NCBI GenBank assembly: GCA_017610205.1
Contig: JAFCCL010000001.1
Span: forward strand, 26,805 to 90,804
Source: Candidatus Iainarchaeum sp.
GTDB lineage: Archaea; Iainarchaeota; Iainarchaeia; Iainarchaeales; GCA-2688035
Direction: 5' to 3'
DNA: 64,000 nucleotides
Shown here: positions 17,290-26,178 of the stretch, one piece after another
Position numbering within the stretch: the first letter of the stretch is position 1
Layout: each line of letters starts with the position of its first letter
The notes under the pieces: model-generated
Databases searched by the model: none
Told to the model about the DNA's origin: nothing
The model's input: only the letters and a program-made list of their open reading frames with translations
Position numbers and translations under genes: made by a program

Positions 17290-20100
17290 TCAGCTTCTGT
17301 ACTTCCACTTTGGGCCTGAAGACTCTTTCTTTTTTCCGCTTCCGCCAATTCTGTCAAAAAATCCTGAGCCAGAACCAGCTCTTTTGCTTGCCGCTTCAAT
17401 TCCAAAAGGACTTTCATTTCCCTTGCCTCTCTTTTCAATTACATACAATGCACCAAAAACAATAATTGCGCCTATGATAATTGCAATTCCTGCAATTTCA
17501 ATAGCTCCTCCTAACCCAAACAACCCTGTTGCTGTTCCTAAAAAGCTTGCTTTGCTCATTTCTGTTTCAGAGCTTACTAAAACTGGTGGAATTAAAAACT
17601 TGTTTAAAATTTCTGAATCAACCATTGCATCTGCTTCTTCTGCTGTTAATTCGCTTTTCAAAGCATAAACAATTGTTGCCTGGTCTCCGGCTTCCACTGA
17701 AACAATCCATTCAAGAACTGGGTCGTCAACAATTACTGTAAAGTTTTCTCCTGCAATCTCTGAAGCGGTTTCTGCAAACTCTTTTGGTATAACCTCTACA
17801 ACCTTTACCTCTTTTGTTTCACCTGAATCATTTCTTACAACAATTGTAATAACTGCCTTGTAATAAACTTCGTTTCCGCTTCCAATCTGTTTTAATGAAA
17901 GGCTTCTTTCAACCCAGCTGCCTTCAAGCATTTGCTTTGCCTCATCACATACAGCCTGGCTGAATCCAAGCCCTTTCATCATTATTTCCAAATGCTCTTC
18001 GTTGAAAACATACTGGCTTTTCGCTCCATAGGTTCCAACCGCAACCAGTCCTGCAAGCTCTTCAAGCTTTGCAACTCCTTTGTCAGCTTTTTCCACTGCA
18101 GTATCATAATCTTCGTTGTCAAACGCTTCTTGTGCTTTGTCAATCAAATCTCTTGCTTCTTCAAATAATCCAGCCTGCTCTGCATTCAAAGCAATTCCCA
18201 AAACATCAAACTCTGCAAGAAAAGAATCAACAGTTTCCTTCACAGCAAACGCTACATCAATTGCATCCTCTGCAGCAATTTTATTCTCATCATCGTCAGG
18301 TGTGTCATTTGTTGTTTTGTTGTCAACTGTTATATCAATACTGTCCTGATTGCTGCTTATGTTATACTCGTCTATAGAGGTTGCCTTTAGCTCGTAATCT
18401 CCGTTACTTACACTCAATGTATTCCAGTCAAAGACATAATAGCTGCCGCTTTTTGTTCCGTCTCCAATATAAGTTTCGTTAAGGTGAAATCTAATCCGTT
18501 TTATGCTGGTTGTACTGTCTGCTGTTGCACGTGCTTTGATTTCAACAATGCCTTCAACTACATCATCATTATCTGGGTCAATCAATTCAACTGTTGGTTT
18601 TGGTCTATCGGTTTGGTTGCCGTAAAACACTGGAGCATAACTGCTTTCACTGCTTTCGTTTCCTGCATTGTCAACTGCAACAACCCAATAATAGTAAGTT
18701 TGTCCGTCTGTTAAATCACTATAGCTGGAGTAATCAGTGTCACTATCTCTTGTTTTCCCAATTTTGCTTGCGTCATCAAAGTCTTTATTTGTTCCCCTGT
18801 AAATTTTGTAATAGTCTATTCCGCTGTGGCTGTCTCCGCCATTGTCATTCCAGTCCAAATCAACTTTGTCATCTCCTGAATCATAGCTTCCGCTCAAACT
18901 TGTTGGCGTATTTGGATTTGAGTCATCAATTTTTATTTTGTAATGGTCTGTTGCACTTTCATCTGAGCCAACTTTTGCCATTACGTGGAAATAATGAGTT
19001 CCATTGCTTAATCCTAAATAGCTTTTTGAAGTGCTTTCCCTTGTGCCTTCTTTGTTGCTTTCCGTTACAGTTGTGCCTGAACTATCATTTAAAAGATAGT
19101 AGTATGTTGCACCGCTTACAGAACTCCAGGTAAATTCGGGGTCATCGCTTATTTCCCAAGTGTCCTCTTCATGCTCGCTGCTTATATTTGGCTTGCTTAT
19201 ACTGCCGATTGTTACTGTGTTGCTGTTTTCATCTTCTCCAGGGCTTGTTCCTGTTGCCGCAACAGGAGTTACCTGACAAATCCAATCCTCGCCTTCGTTT
19301 GTTTCATCTGAATCAACGGTTGAACCTGTTTCGCTTGTCGGCCCGCCGTCCTTGAACCAGAGGAAAGTTGTTGCTTCCTCGTCCTCGTCATCACCTTCAT
19401 TGTCATCATAATCATAAGTGCAGTCCAAATCATCGTTGCTTTGAGGCGAACCCGGCGAAATTTCAACATTTTCCGCAACAGGAGCCTGGTTTGGCCCGTT
19501 AACTGTAATTGAAACGCTAGCCATGTCTTTTGCAGCTTGCTCGTCTGTTGCAGTAAGTATTGCATCATAGTCTCCTGCTGTCTCGTAATTGTGATCTAGA
19601 TTGGTAACAAAATCATAGTCGCTGTTTCCATCTCCAAAGTTTATCTTACAAGTTGCTAAGTCGTCATCAATGTCAGCACAACTGCCTGTAAATGTAACAA
19701 TTAGTGGTACATCCCCTGTACTTGGATTAACGTTCAGTGTTGCTGTTGGCGCATTGCTTGAACTTAAGACTGTAATTGTAGTCGTGTCATTGTCAGAACT
19801 TTCTCCCTCGTTGTTCAATGCTGACAATTCAACCTCATAATCGCCTATTGTGTGGTAAGTATGGGGCCATACAAAGCTGTTAAAATCAGCAATATTCCCG
19901 TCCCCTAAATCAATTGTACAACTTACAATTTGTCTCATTTCATTGTCATCAGAGCAGCTGCTTTCAGAAAAGTTTACTGCAAGCGGCTCTGTCCCACTTA
20001 TAGTATCGGGTGTTAGTATTACTATTGGTGTAGCAAATGTGCTCCCGCTTAAAATTAGAAATGCTAGTAATAGAAAGGCAAACTTTTTTATCACTCCCAA
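17290..20100 (-). CDS. Large acidic membrane-anchored surface protein with PKD, Fn3 and Ig-like domains
   Basis: Signal peptide; two PKD motifs (IDLGDG..HTY, INFGDG..HNY); Fn3-like YYYWVVAVDNAGNES; Ig-like WNTLSVSNGDYELKATSID; C-terminal TM helix. Confidence 0.85.
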   Translation of the reverse strand: MGVIKKFAFLLLAFLILSGSTFATPIVILTPDTISGTEPLAVNFSESSCSDDNEMRQIVSCTIDLGDGNIADFNSFVWPHTYHTIGDYEVELSALNNEGESSDNDTTTITVLSSSNAPTATLNVNPSTGDVPLIVTFTGSCADIDDDLATCKINFGDGNSDYDFVTNLDHNYETAGDYDAILTATDEQAAKDMASVSITVNGPNQAPVAENVEISPGSPQSNDDLDCTYDYDDNEGDDEDEEATTFLWFKDGGPTSETGSTVDSDETNEGEDWICQVTPVAATGTSPGEDENSNTVTIGSISKPNISSEHEEDTWEISDDPEFTWSSVSGATYYYLLNDSSGTTVTESNKEGTRESTSKSYLGLSNGTHYFHVMAKVGSDESATDHYKIKIDDSNPNTPTSLSGSYDSGDDKVDLDWNDNGGDSHSGIDYYKIYRGTNKDFDDASKIGKTRDSDTDYSSYSDLTDGQTYYYWVVAVDNAGNESSESSYAPVFYGNQTDRPKPTVELIDPDNDDVVEGIVEIKARATADSTTSIKRIRFHLNETYIGDGTKSGSYYVFDWNTLSVSNGDYELKATSIDEYNISSNQDSIDITVDNKTTNDTPDDDENKIAAEDAIDVAFAVKETVDSFLAEFDVLGIALNAEQAGLFEEARDLIDKAQEAFDNEDYDTAVEKADKGVAKLEELAGLVAVGTYGAKSQYVFNEEHLEIMMKGLGFSQAVCDEAKQMLEGSWVERSLSLKQIGSGNEVYYKAVITIVVRNDSGETKEVKVVEVIPKEFAETASEIAGENFTVIVDDPVLEWIVSVEAGDQATIVYALKSELTAEEADAMVDSEILNKFLIPPVLVSSETEMSKASFLGTATGLFGLGGAIEIAGIAIIIGAIIVFGALYVIEKRGKGNESPFGIEAASKRAGSGSGFFDRIGGSGKKKESSGPKWKYRS

Positions 20101-20252
20101 TCCCCCACAACTCCTTCGCTAGAAGGAAATTTGTTATGTATACTTGTTTTTGGTTTGTTAATGTTGGCATCTGAGCCTTTTGCTCATACTATTCTGGGGT
20201 CATTCTATTTAAAAACTTTTTTGCATTTTGAGGGTATATTGCGTAGTTTGAA

Positions 20253-20762
20253 GTGATTTTTGTGAGTCTACATAATATTTTTTACCTTGTGTTGTTTACT
20301 CTTGCTCCTGTTTTTGAATTAAGGTGGAGCATTCCGCTCGGCCTTTGGAGTAAGCCAGTTGAACTTCCTTTTGTTGGGGCTGTAAGCGGTTTTGGCATGC
20401 CTTTGTTTGAAGTTTTGCCAATTGTGGTAATAACAAACATTCTTTTGGGTATTTTTCTGTATTTTGCATTGGATTTTCTTGTAAGGCTTTTTACAAGAGT
20501 CCAATATATAAAAGTATTATATGAGAGGATTGTGGCAAGAACGCAGAGGAAGGCAAAGCCTTTTGTTGAAAAATATGGGGTAATTGGGCTTGCAATTTTT
20601 ATTGGCATTCCTTTGCCTGGCTCTGGTGTCTGGACAGGGGCATTAGCGGCCTTTTTGCTTGGAGTGCGCTTTCGTGATTTTGCAATTGCCTGCGTGATTG
20701 GTGTTCTGATAGCCACTGCAATAGTAACTGCGGTGACGCTTGGCCTTTTGAACGGGTTTTGA
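20253..20762 (+). CDS. Small multi-drug export (COG2426-like) membrane protein
   Basis: PVFELRWSIPLG, FIGIPLPGSGVWTGAL. Confidence 0.8.
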   Translation: MIFVSLHNIFYLVLFTLAPVFELRWSIPLGLWSKPVELPFVGAVSGFGMPLFEVLPIVVITNILLGIFLYFALDFLVRLFTRVQYIKVLYERIVARTQRKAKPFVEKYGVIGLAIFIGIPLPGSGVWTGALAAFLLGVRFRDFAIACVIGVLIATAIVTAVTLGLLNGF

Positions 20763-20792
20763 ATTTGAATGCGTTTTGAATGGTTTTGGCTT

Positions 20793-21125
20793 TTAGCAAA
20801 TTTTTATTTTGAGAATGTGCTTGTTTTCCGGAATAAGCGTTACTTTTTCTCCTTTTTTGAGTTTGTAGAATTTTGCAATATCTGTTGGAAGAGTAATTGC
20901 AAGGCTTCTTCCGGTTGAAACTATAGGTCTTGTTACACTAAATACATTAAGCTGGTTTTCAGTTTCTTTCATCTGTTTGCTTGTAACAAATTCTTTTCTG
21001 CATTTTTTGCATTTGTAGTAAGGCTGTTCTTTTAGAATGATCTTTCCGTCCAATAGCTCTATTTCTTCTTGGTGCAATTCAGATATTCCGCCACAAAAAA
21101 CACATTTTATTTTTTCTTTTTCCAT
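20793..21125 (-). CDS. Antitoxin-like protein: YgiT/MqsA-type zinc finger fused to AbrB/MazE DNA-binding domain
   Basis: CVFCGG...CKKCRKE, then GRSLAITLPTDIAK..KLKKGEKV. Confidence 0.75.
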   Translation of the reverse strand: MEKEKIKCVFCGGISELHQEEIELLDGKIILKEQPYYKCKKCRKEFVTSKQMKETENQLNVFSVTRPIVSTGRSLAITLPTDIAKFYKLKKGEKVTLIPENKHILKIKIC

Positions 21126-21370
21126 AAGCTTACCTCTCCTTCATTTGACTCCCAAATGCTGACGACATTAATGTATTTTTTTGTTTCTTTTTTGATTACT
21201 GTAAAATAATACTCCATTATTTTGAACACAGTCTTGATTGCCCTTTTTTTTTGTTTTTCTTTAACCTTTTGCTTAATCACGTTTTGTTCAACTTCGCCGT
21301 AATTAATGCCATATTTGAGAGAGCGTTCAAAAAAACGCTGTCTTGCATGTCTTGTCCAAACAACCTCCAT
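21107..21370 (-). CDS. DUF4258/BrnT-RelE-like toxin candidate
   Basis: WTRHARQRFFER start, INVVSIW end; overlaps the zinc-finger gene. Confidence 0.65.
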   Translation of the reverse strand: MEVVWTRHARQRFFERSLKYGINYGEVEQNVIKQKVKEKQKKRAIKTVFKIMEYYFTVIKKETKKYINVVSIWESNEGEVSLWKKKK

Positions 21371-21490
21371 TACAAAATAGTGCACAATATAGTATTTAAA
21401 TATATCATTACCAATGCATTACTTTTTCATTATTATTTTCTCACTTGTTTTTCCTTAGGGTCTTTTGGACAGTATTAGTCTTTGAATTAG

Positions 21491-22240
21491 TTACTTTATT
21501 TTTGAAATTGTTTTTGTAAGAAGTGTCTTAACATTATCTGCGTTTTTGTTAAATATTTTTATGACTTCTTCCCAGTCTACTGGTGCTTCGTCTTCAGCCC
21601 AGCTGTCGTAGTCTGTTGACATTGCAATTGCTGCATAAGAAATTCCTGCTTCGTTTGCCAGAATGCATTCTGGTGCAATAGACATGTTTATTACGTCTGC
21701 TCCCCAGATTCTGAACATTTTTGATTCTGCTCTTGTTGAAAACCTTGGTCCCTCAATTGTGATTACTGTTCCTTTTGAATGGTGTTTCAATTTTAGTTCT
21801 TTGCAGCTGGCGTCCAATAATTTTCTTAATTCTTTTGAGAACGGGTCTGGCATTGCCACATGCTTTGCTTTTCCTCCGTCTGCTGGAAAATCTTCGTAGA
21901 ATGTTATTTTTCTGTGCCTGGTAAAGTCAATAAACTGGTCAAGAATTATAATGTCGCCTCGTTCAATTTCTTTTCTAAGGGAACCGCAGGCAGTGGTTGC
22001 AATAATGCTGGTGACACCCTGGTTTTTCATTGCCTGAATGTTTGCTCTGAAATTAACCTGTGTTGGTGGAATGGTGTGTTTTCTTCCATGCCTTGCAATA
22101 AAGCAGACCTTTTTGCCGTTTAATTCTCCAATTCTAAGTGGTGAACTTGGAGTTCCATAGGCTGTGTCAACTCCAACATCTTTTGCTTTTTTCAAAAGTT
22201 TTGGGTCTTCCAATCCGGAGCCGCCTATTATGCCAATCAT
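21491..22240 (-). CDS. mtnP: S-methyl-5'-thioadenosine phosphorylase
   Basis: GIIGGSG, RHGRKH, ACGSL, EGPRFSTRAES, INMS, STDYD. Confidence 0.93.
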   Translation of the reverse strand: MIGIIGGSGLEDPKLLKKAKDVGVDTAYGTPSSPLRIGELNGKKVCFIARHGRKHTIPPTQVNFRANIQAMKNQGVTSIIATTACGSLRKEIERGDIIILDQFIDFTRHRKITFYEDFPADGGKAKHVAMPDPFSKELRKLLDASCKELKLKHHSKGTVITIEGPRFSTRAESKMFRIWGADVINMSIAPECILANEAGISYAAIAMSTDYDSWAEDEAPVDWEEVIKIFNKNADNVKTLLTKTISKIK

Positions 22241-22647
22241 TTTTTGTGTCTCCTTCTAACTTTTGGTGAAATTCTGAAAATTCTTTGACTTTTTTTGCTT
22301 AGTTGAGTATAGCCTGCTTTTTGGTAGAATTTTTTTGGTTTTTTATCTGGTACAACACTGCTTCTCTTTATGCCATTTTTCTCAAAGTAAGCATGAGCCT
22401 TTCCAAGTAATTTATGGCCAATTCCCTTTGTCTTAAAGCCTTTGGAGACTTCTATGGCTGAAATAATTCCTTCTCTTCTTTTTGGTTCTATGCGACAACG
22501 GCAAATTCCAACTATGTTTCTTTCATGCAGTGCAAAAAAAACTTGTGAATTTTTTGGCAATTCTAAACCAAAGGCCGTTAATTCTTTTTGTTTTGCTGTC
22601 CTTACTACAATTCTTCCCTTTAAAATTTTTTCTGTCAAAAAAATCAC
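22237..22647 (-). CDS. GNAT family acetyltransferase
   Basis: IEVSKGFKTKGIGHKLL acetyl-CoA loop; FYQKAGY. Confidence 0.8.
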   Translation of the reverse strand: MIFLTEKILKGRIVVRTAKQKELTAFGLELPKNSQVFFALHERNIVGICRCRIEPKRREGIISAIEVSKGFKTKGIGHKLLGKAHAYFEKNGIKRSSVVPDKKPKKFYQKAGYTQLSKKSQRIFRISPKVRRRHKK

Positions 22648-22674
22648 GCCCTTTCTTTAATTCTGGCCTGTTTT

Positions 22675-23064
22675 TTAATCTCCTATAAATATTACATTTT
22701 TCATTCCTTTAAAGTGTTTGTCTCCACTTAAAATTTTTGCACCCTCTTTTTCTCCTTGTGTCAAGATGAATGCATCTGCTAATCCAAAATTTTTTACTTT
22801 TTTTCTAATAGTGGCGTGTCTTTTCCCGGCATCTCTTGCAATATTTTCATCTATTTTTAAAATTTTTGACATTGCCATTAGTGCCTCAAAAAATTGGGCG
22901 CTGTTCCTTTCTGTTCTTTCAAGCTTGCTTACAATTTCTGAAACAGTCAAAGCAGAACAGAGAATTTCGTTGGCTTCATTTTCAAGTATTTCTTTCACCA
23001 AAAACCCTTTTTTGCTTCCTTCAAAGTATTCAATCCAAGCGTAGCTGTCAACTATTACTTTCAT
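22675..23064 (-). CDS. vapC: VapC PIN-domain toxin
   Basis: IVDSYAWIEY, SEI, LADAFI, SGDKHF. Confidence 0.9.
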   Translation of the reverse strand: MKVIVDSYAWIEYFEGSKKGFLVKEILENEANEILCSALTVSEIVSKLERTERNSAQFFEALMAMSKILKIDENIARDAGKRHATIRKKVKNFGLADAFILTQGEKEGAKILSGDKHFKGMKNVIFIGD

Positions 23065-23074
23065 AAGCGATTAC

Positions 23075-23269
23075 CTATTCAATGTCAAGCTCGTCTTTTT
23101 CGGTAAATGGTTCAACGCCCTTGAGTTTTCCAAAAAAAGTTTTTTTAACTTTTTTTATGTCAAGCTTTACAAATTCGTTTTCCTTTATGTCTTCTTTTTC
23201 CACAACTGGTTTTGGAATGGTTGTAACAATTGAACCGCCGATTTTTCTTGTTTTAACCAAAAATTCCAT
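23075..23269 (-). CDS. vapB: AbrB/MazE-type antitoxin (VapB)
   Basis: KTRKIGGSIVTTIPK; AGGTGA RBS before ATG 23269; immediately upstream of vapC. Confidence 0.85.
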   Translation of the reverse strand: MEFLVKTRKIGGSIVTTIPKPVVEKEDIKENEFVKLDIKKVKKTFFGKLKGVEPFTEKDELDIE

Positions 23270-23312
23270 CACATCACCTATAATAAAATTATACAACAAG
23301 TTATATTTAAAC

Positions 23313-23861
23313 TTATGTTTTTTCTTCCTTCACATTCTCGTTGTCAAACTTTAACAAGGAGAATGTATCATAACCCTTCAACTTTTCTATTCCTTTGAGG
23401 AAGGTCAGCTCCACAAGAAACGCCATCCCGTTAACTTTGCCTCCAAGCATTTCAACTAAATTAATAGCCGCACAAGCGGTTCCTGCTGTGGCGCATAAAT
23501 CGTCTACGATTAGAACACTTTCTCCCTTCTCAATTGCGTCCTCATGGATTTCAAATGCGTCAGTACTGTACTCTGTTTTGAATTCTTGTTTTATCTTTTT
23601 GTAAGGCAGTTTTCCTGGTTTCCTCAGTGGAACAAATCCTGCATGGAATTCGTAGGCAAGCACTGAACCCAAAATAAAGCCCCTTGCTTCAGTGCTTACA
23701 ACCTTGTCAAAGTGCATGTCTTTTTTCATAAAGTATTCGACTAAATCGTCTACTGCTTGTCTGAATGCAGGGGCGTCCTGAAAAAGGCTCATTACGTCAT
23801 AGAACAAAATGCCTTCTTTTGGAAAGTTTGGAATTGTCCTGATTTTTTTCCTTAAGTCCAT
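23313..23861 (-). CDS. apt: Adenine phosphoribosyltransferase
   Basis: PNFPKEGILFYD, EARGF, LRKPGKLP, IVDDLCATAGT. Confidence 0.95.
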   Translation of the reverse strand: MDLRKKIRTIPNFPKEGILFYDVMSLFQDAPAFRQAVDDLVEYFMKKDMHFDKVVSTEARGFILGSVLAYEFHAGFVPLRKPGKLPYKKIKQEFKTEYSTDAFEIHEDAIEKGESVLIVDDLCATAGTACAAINLVEMLGGKVNGMAFLVELTFLKGIEKLKGYDTFSLLKFDNENVKEEKT

Positions 23862-23961
23862 TTAAACCAATAAAATTTTGCTGAAAAAGGAATTTAAAGC
23901 CTTGCTTGGCTTGAGTAATGGGGCAAGAAAATTATTATAGTGGAATGAGTGCTTATTTATT

Positions 23962-25134
23962 ATGCCAAGAGCTAAAAAGGCAAAACCCGCGAAAAAGCCA
24001 ATCGCGAGAAGAACAACACATAATATAATGGAAAGCCGTGGTCTTGTAAAAAGAGGTGTTCCGCTTAGAACAAGGAAAGGAAAACCCTCAACTGTTTTCA
24101 GGAGGCAGCTTAAGTTTGTGCTTGTTGATAAGGCTCCAAGAAAGACTTTTTCGTATACCAAGGCTGGCGAGGCAGGCAGGGCTATTATGCTGCAAGAGAA
24201 CAGGGCGAGGAGAAAAGCAGGCCAGCCTCTTAGGCAATTGTTTGAGCCAGAATTTGTAAAAAAGCTCAGAGTTGTAACTGTTGCAGGAGAAAAAATGTAC
24301 ATTAGTCCAAGTGGTTACCTGCCATATGTTGCAAGAGTGCGGTTTGGGGAAACTTTGACTCAAAAGCAGAAGACTGCTCTTGCAAAAAGGGGAAGGCTTC
24401 TTTCAACAATGCCTCATCTTATTGGAGCAGGTGCAGGTGTTCTTAGTCTTGGCCAAAAATATATTCTTATTCCAAAGAGGCCATCAACTGTTGGGGTTCA
24501 CCCTGGCAAATTCCATTGGATTGCCGGACTTGGTGACTTTTATTCTGCTGCTTCTGGGCGAAAGTTTGAAAAGCCTGCTGAAACTACAAAAAGAGAGGCT
24601 ATTGAAGAGATTGGAGGCAATATTTCAAAAAACCCTTCTTGGTTCTCTGTGCAGAAAGTGGCAAAAGAGCTTGGTGCTGCTGGAAAAAATGTACAGTTTT
24701 TAGGTCAGGGCTTAAAGCCTGTTAATGCTAACAAAGCTCCGGCTTTAATTATGCTTCAGGACAGGAACATTAACATGTTTGAGATACAGCATGCTGTTAA
24801 TATCAAAATGAATGACCCTGACAAGTTTATTCGAAAAAATTTCACAAAAGGGCATCCTTTGAAAACCATTAGGGTTGGTGGCGGATTTTCTATGAAAAAC
24901 AGTAAGGCTTCTGGTAAAAGAGTTAGGGTTGAAGGCACTCTTTGCAAGTTTAGGGCAAAAGCAGCTGTTGAAGACAAGTGGGAAATGGCAGAGGCTGCAA
25001 TTATTCCAAGAACAAGTGTTGGCATTCATCGCTTTATAAAGGCTTACAGATCTCAGATAACTCAGGCTGCAAGGCTTGGTCTTCTTGCTTACGCTGCTGA
25101 ACTAAGGAAGATTGAGCGGAAGAAAAACCATTAA
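23962..25134 (+). CDS. Highly basic protein with a Nudix box
   Basis: EKPAETTKREAIEEIG fits E-x7-REUXEEXG; Lys/Arg-rich throughout. Confidence 0.7.
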   Translation: MPRAKKAKPAKKPIARRTTHNIMESRGLVKRGVPLRTRKGKPSTVFRRQLKFVLVDKAPRKTFSYTKAGEAGRAIMLQENRARRKAGQPLRQLFEPEFVKKLRVVTVAGEKMYISPSGYLPYVARVRFGETLTQKQKTALAKRGRLLSTMPHLIGAGAGVLSLGQKYILIPKRPSTVGVHPGKFHWIAGLGDFYSAASGRKFEKPAETTKREAIEEIGGNISKNPSWFSVQKVAKELGAAGKNVQFLGQGLKPVNANKAPALIMLQDRNINMFEIQHAVNIKMNDPDKFIRKNFTKGHPLKTIRVGGGFSMKNSKASGKRVRVEGTLCKFRAKAAVEDKWEMAEAAIIPRTSVGIHRFIKAYRSQITQAARLGLLAYAAELRKIERKKNH

Positions 25135-25877
25135 TTATTTTCTGCTTTTGTAAACCCTTTCCATTCCCTGATTGCCTTGTTGTATCTTTCAAAGGTGTCT
25201 GTTTGCAGGAATTGCCTTTCTCCCATGTCTGCTCCGCAGAGCTTTCCTTCTTCTGCAAGCTTTGGAAAGACTTCTTTTTCAATGCTGACTTTTTTTCCGG
25301 CAGGAATGTATTCAAAAATTTTTGGCGAAAGAATGTATGCGCCTGCACTGATTAGCTTGAATCCTTCTTCTTCGTCAGGTGGTTTTTCGCTGAATTCTGT
25401 AATTTTTTCTCCTTCAAATTTTACAAGCCCGCCTGCTTTGGTGTAGGCAACTGTTGTAAGTGCAAGTGTTGCAATTGCGTTGTTTTTTTCGTGCACTTTT
25501 GTCATTGCAGTAAAATCAATGTCTTTTAATTCGTCTCCGTTCATCATAATGAATTTTTGTTCTTTCTTCAAATGTCTTTCTGCAATTTTGAGTGCTCCAG
25601 CTGTTCCCATGTACTCTTTTTCAACATTGTAGTGGAGGGCAACGTTTAATTTTTTGCCGTTTCCAAACTTTTCTTCTATTTGTTCGTGTTTGAAGCCAAC
25701 TGCTAAAGTAATGTCTTTTACTCCAAATCTTTTTGCAACCTCTATGTTCCACTGCAAACATGGTTTGCCTTGTACTGGAAGGATTAGCTTGCTTAATTCA
25801 AGGGTTATTGGCCTTAGTCTTGTGCCAAGCCCTCCTGCGAGAATGAATGCTTTGTTAATGTTTAATTCTTTTGGCAT
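25131..25877 (-). CDS. Sugar-phosphate nucleotidyltransferase (mannose-1-phosphate guanylyltransferase-like)
   Basis: ILAGGLGTRLRPIT, GTAGAL, NGD, FSEKP, SIEKEVFP. Confidence 0.88.
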   Translation of the reverse strand: MPKELNINKAFILAGGLGTRLRPITLELSKLILPVQGKPCLQWNIEVAKRFGVKDITLAVGFKHEQIEEKFGNGKKLNVALHYNVEKEYMGTAGALKIAERHLKKEQKFIMMNGDELKDIDFTAMTKVHEKNNAIATLALTTVAYTKAGGLVKFEGEKITEFSEKPPDEEEGFKLISAGAYILSPKIFEYIPAGKKVSIEKEVFPKLAEEGKLCGADMGERQFLQTDTFERYNKAIREWKGFTKAENN

Positions 25878-25982
25878 GGTAAATTAATGGTTTTTTAAGT
25901 AATTAAAGTTTTTCTTTTTTCTGATTGTACTATAGCAAGCCATTGTAGTCTTTTGAATTTTTTTTTGTTTGTTTGTACACTA

Positions 25983-26129
25983 AGCAATTGTTACTTAACA
26001 ACAGGTGCTGTCGATATAGATCAAACAAGAGTCTATGTAAGAAAACAACAAGATATTCATCAAACAAGATTATCACCCTGATAGTGACTAAGAAGCCCTG
26101 CACTTTAGTGCGTGGGGGGGCGAGGTCAT
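25983..26129 (+). mobile_element. IS200-like remnant: tnpA 3' end plus right-end hairpin
   Basis: Translates SNCYLTTGAVDIDQTRVYVRKQQD, homologous to STCYLTTGSVDLDRTRAYVRNQSD at the end of the 32738 tnpA. Followed by GAAGCCCTGCACTTTAGTGCG...GGTCAT. Confidence 0.85.
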
Positions 26130-26178
26130 AAGAAGATTTTGCAAAAATAATTGAATTGTGTCAAAGAAAACAAAAAAT

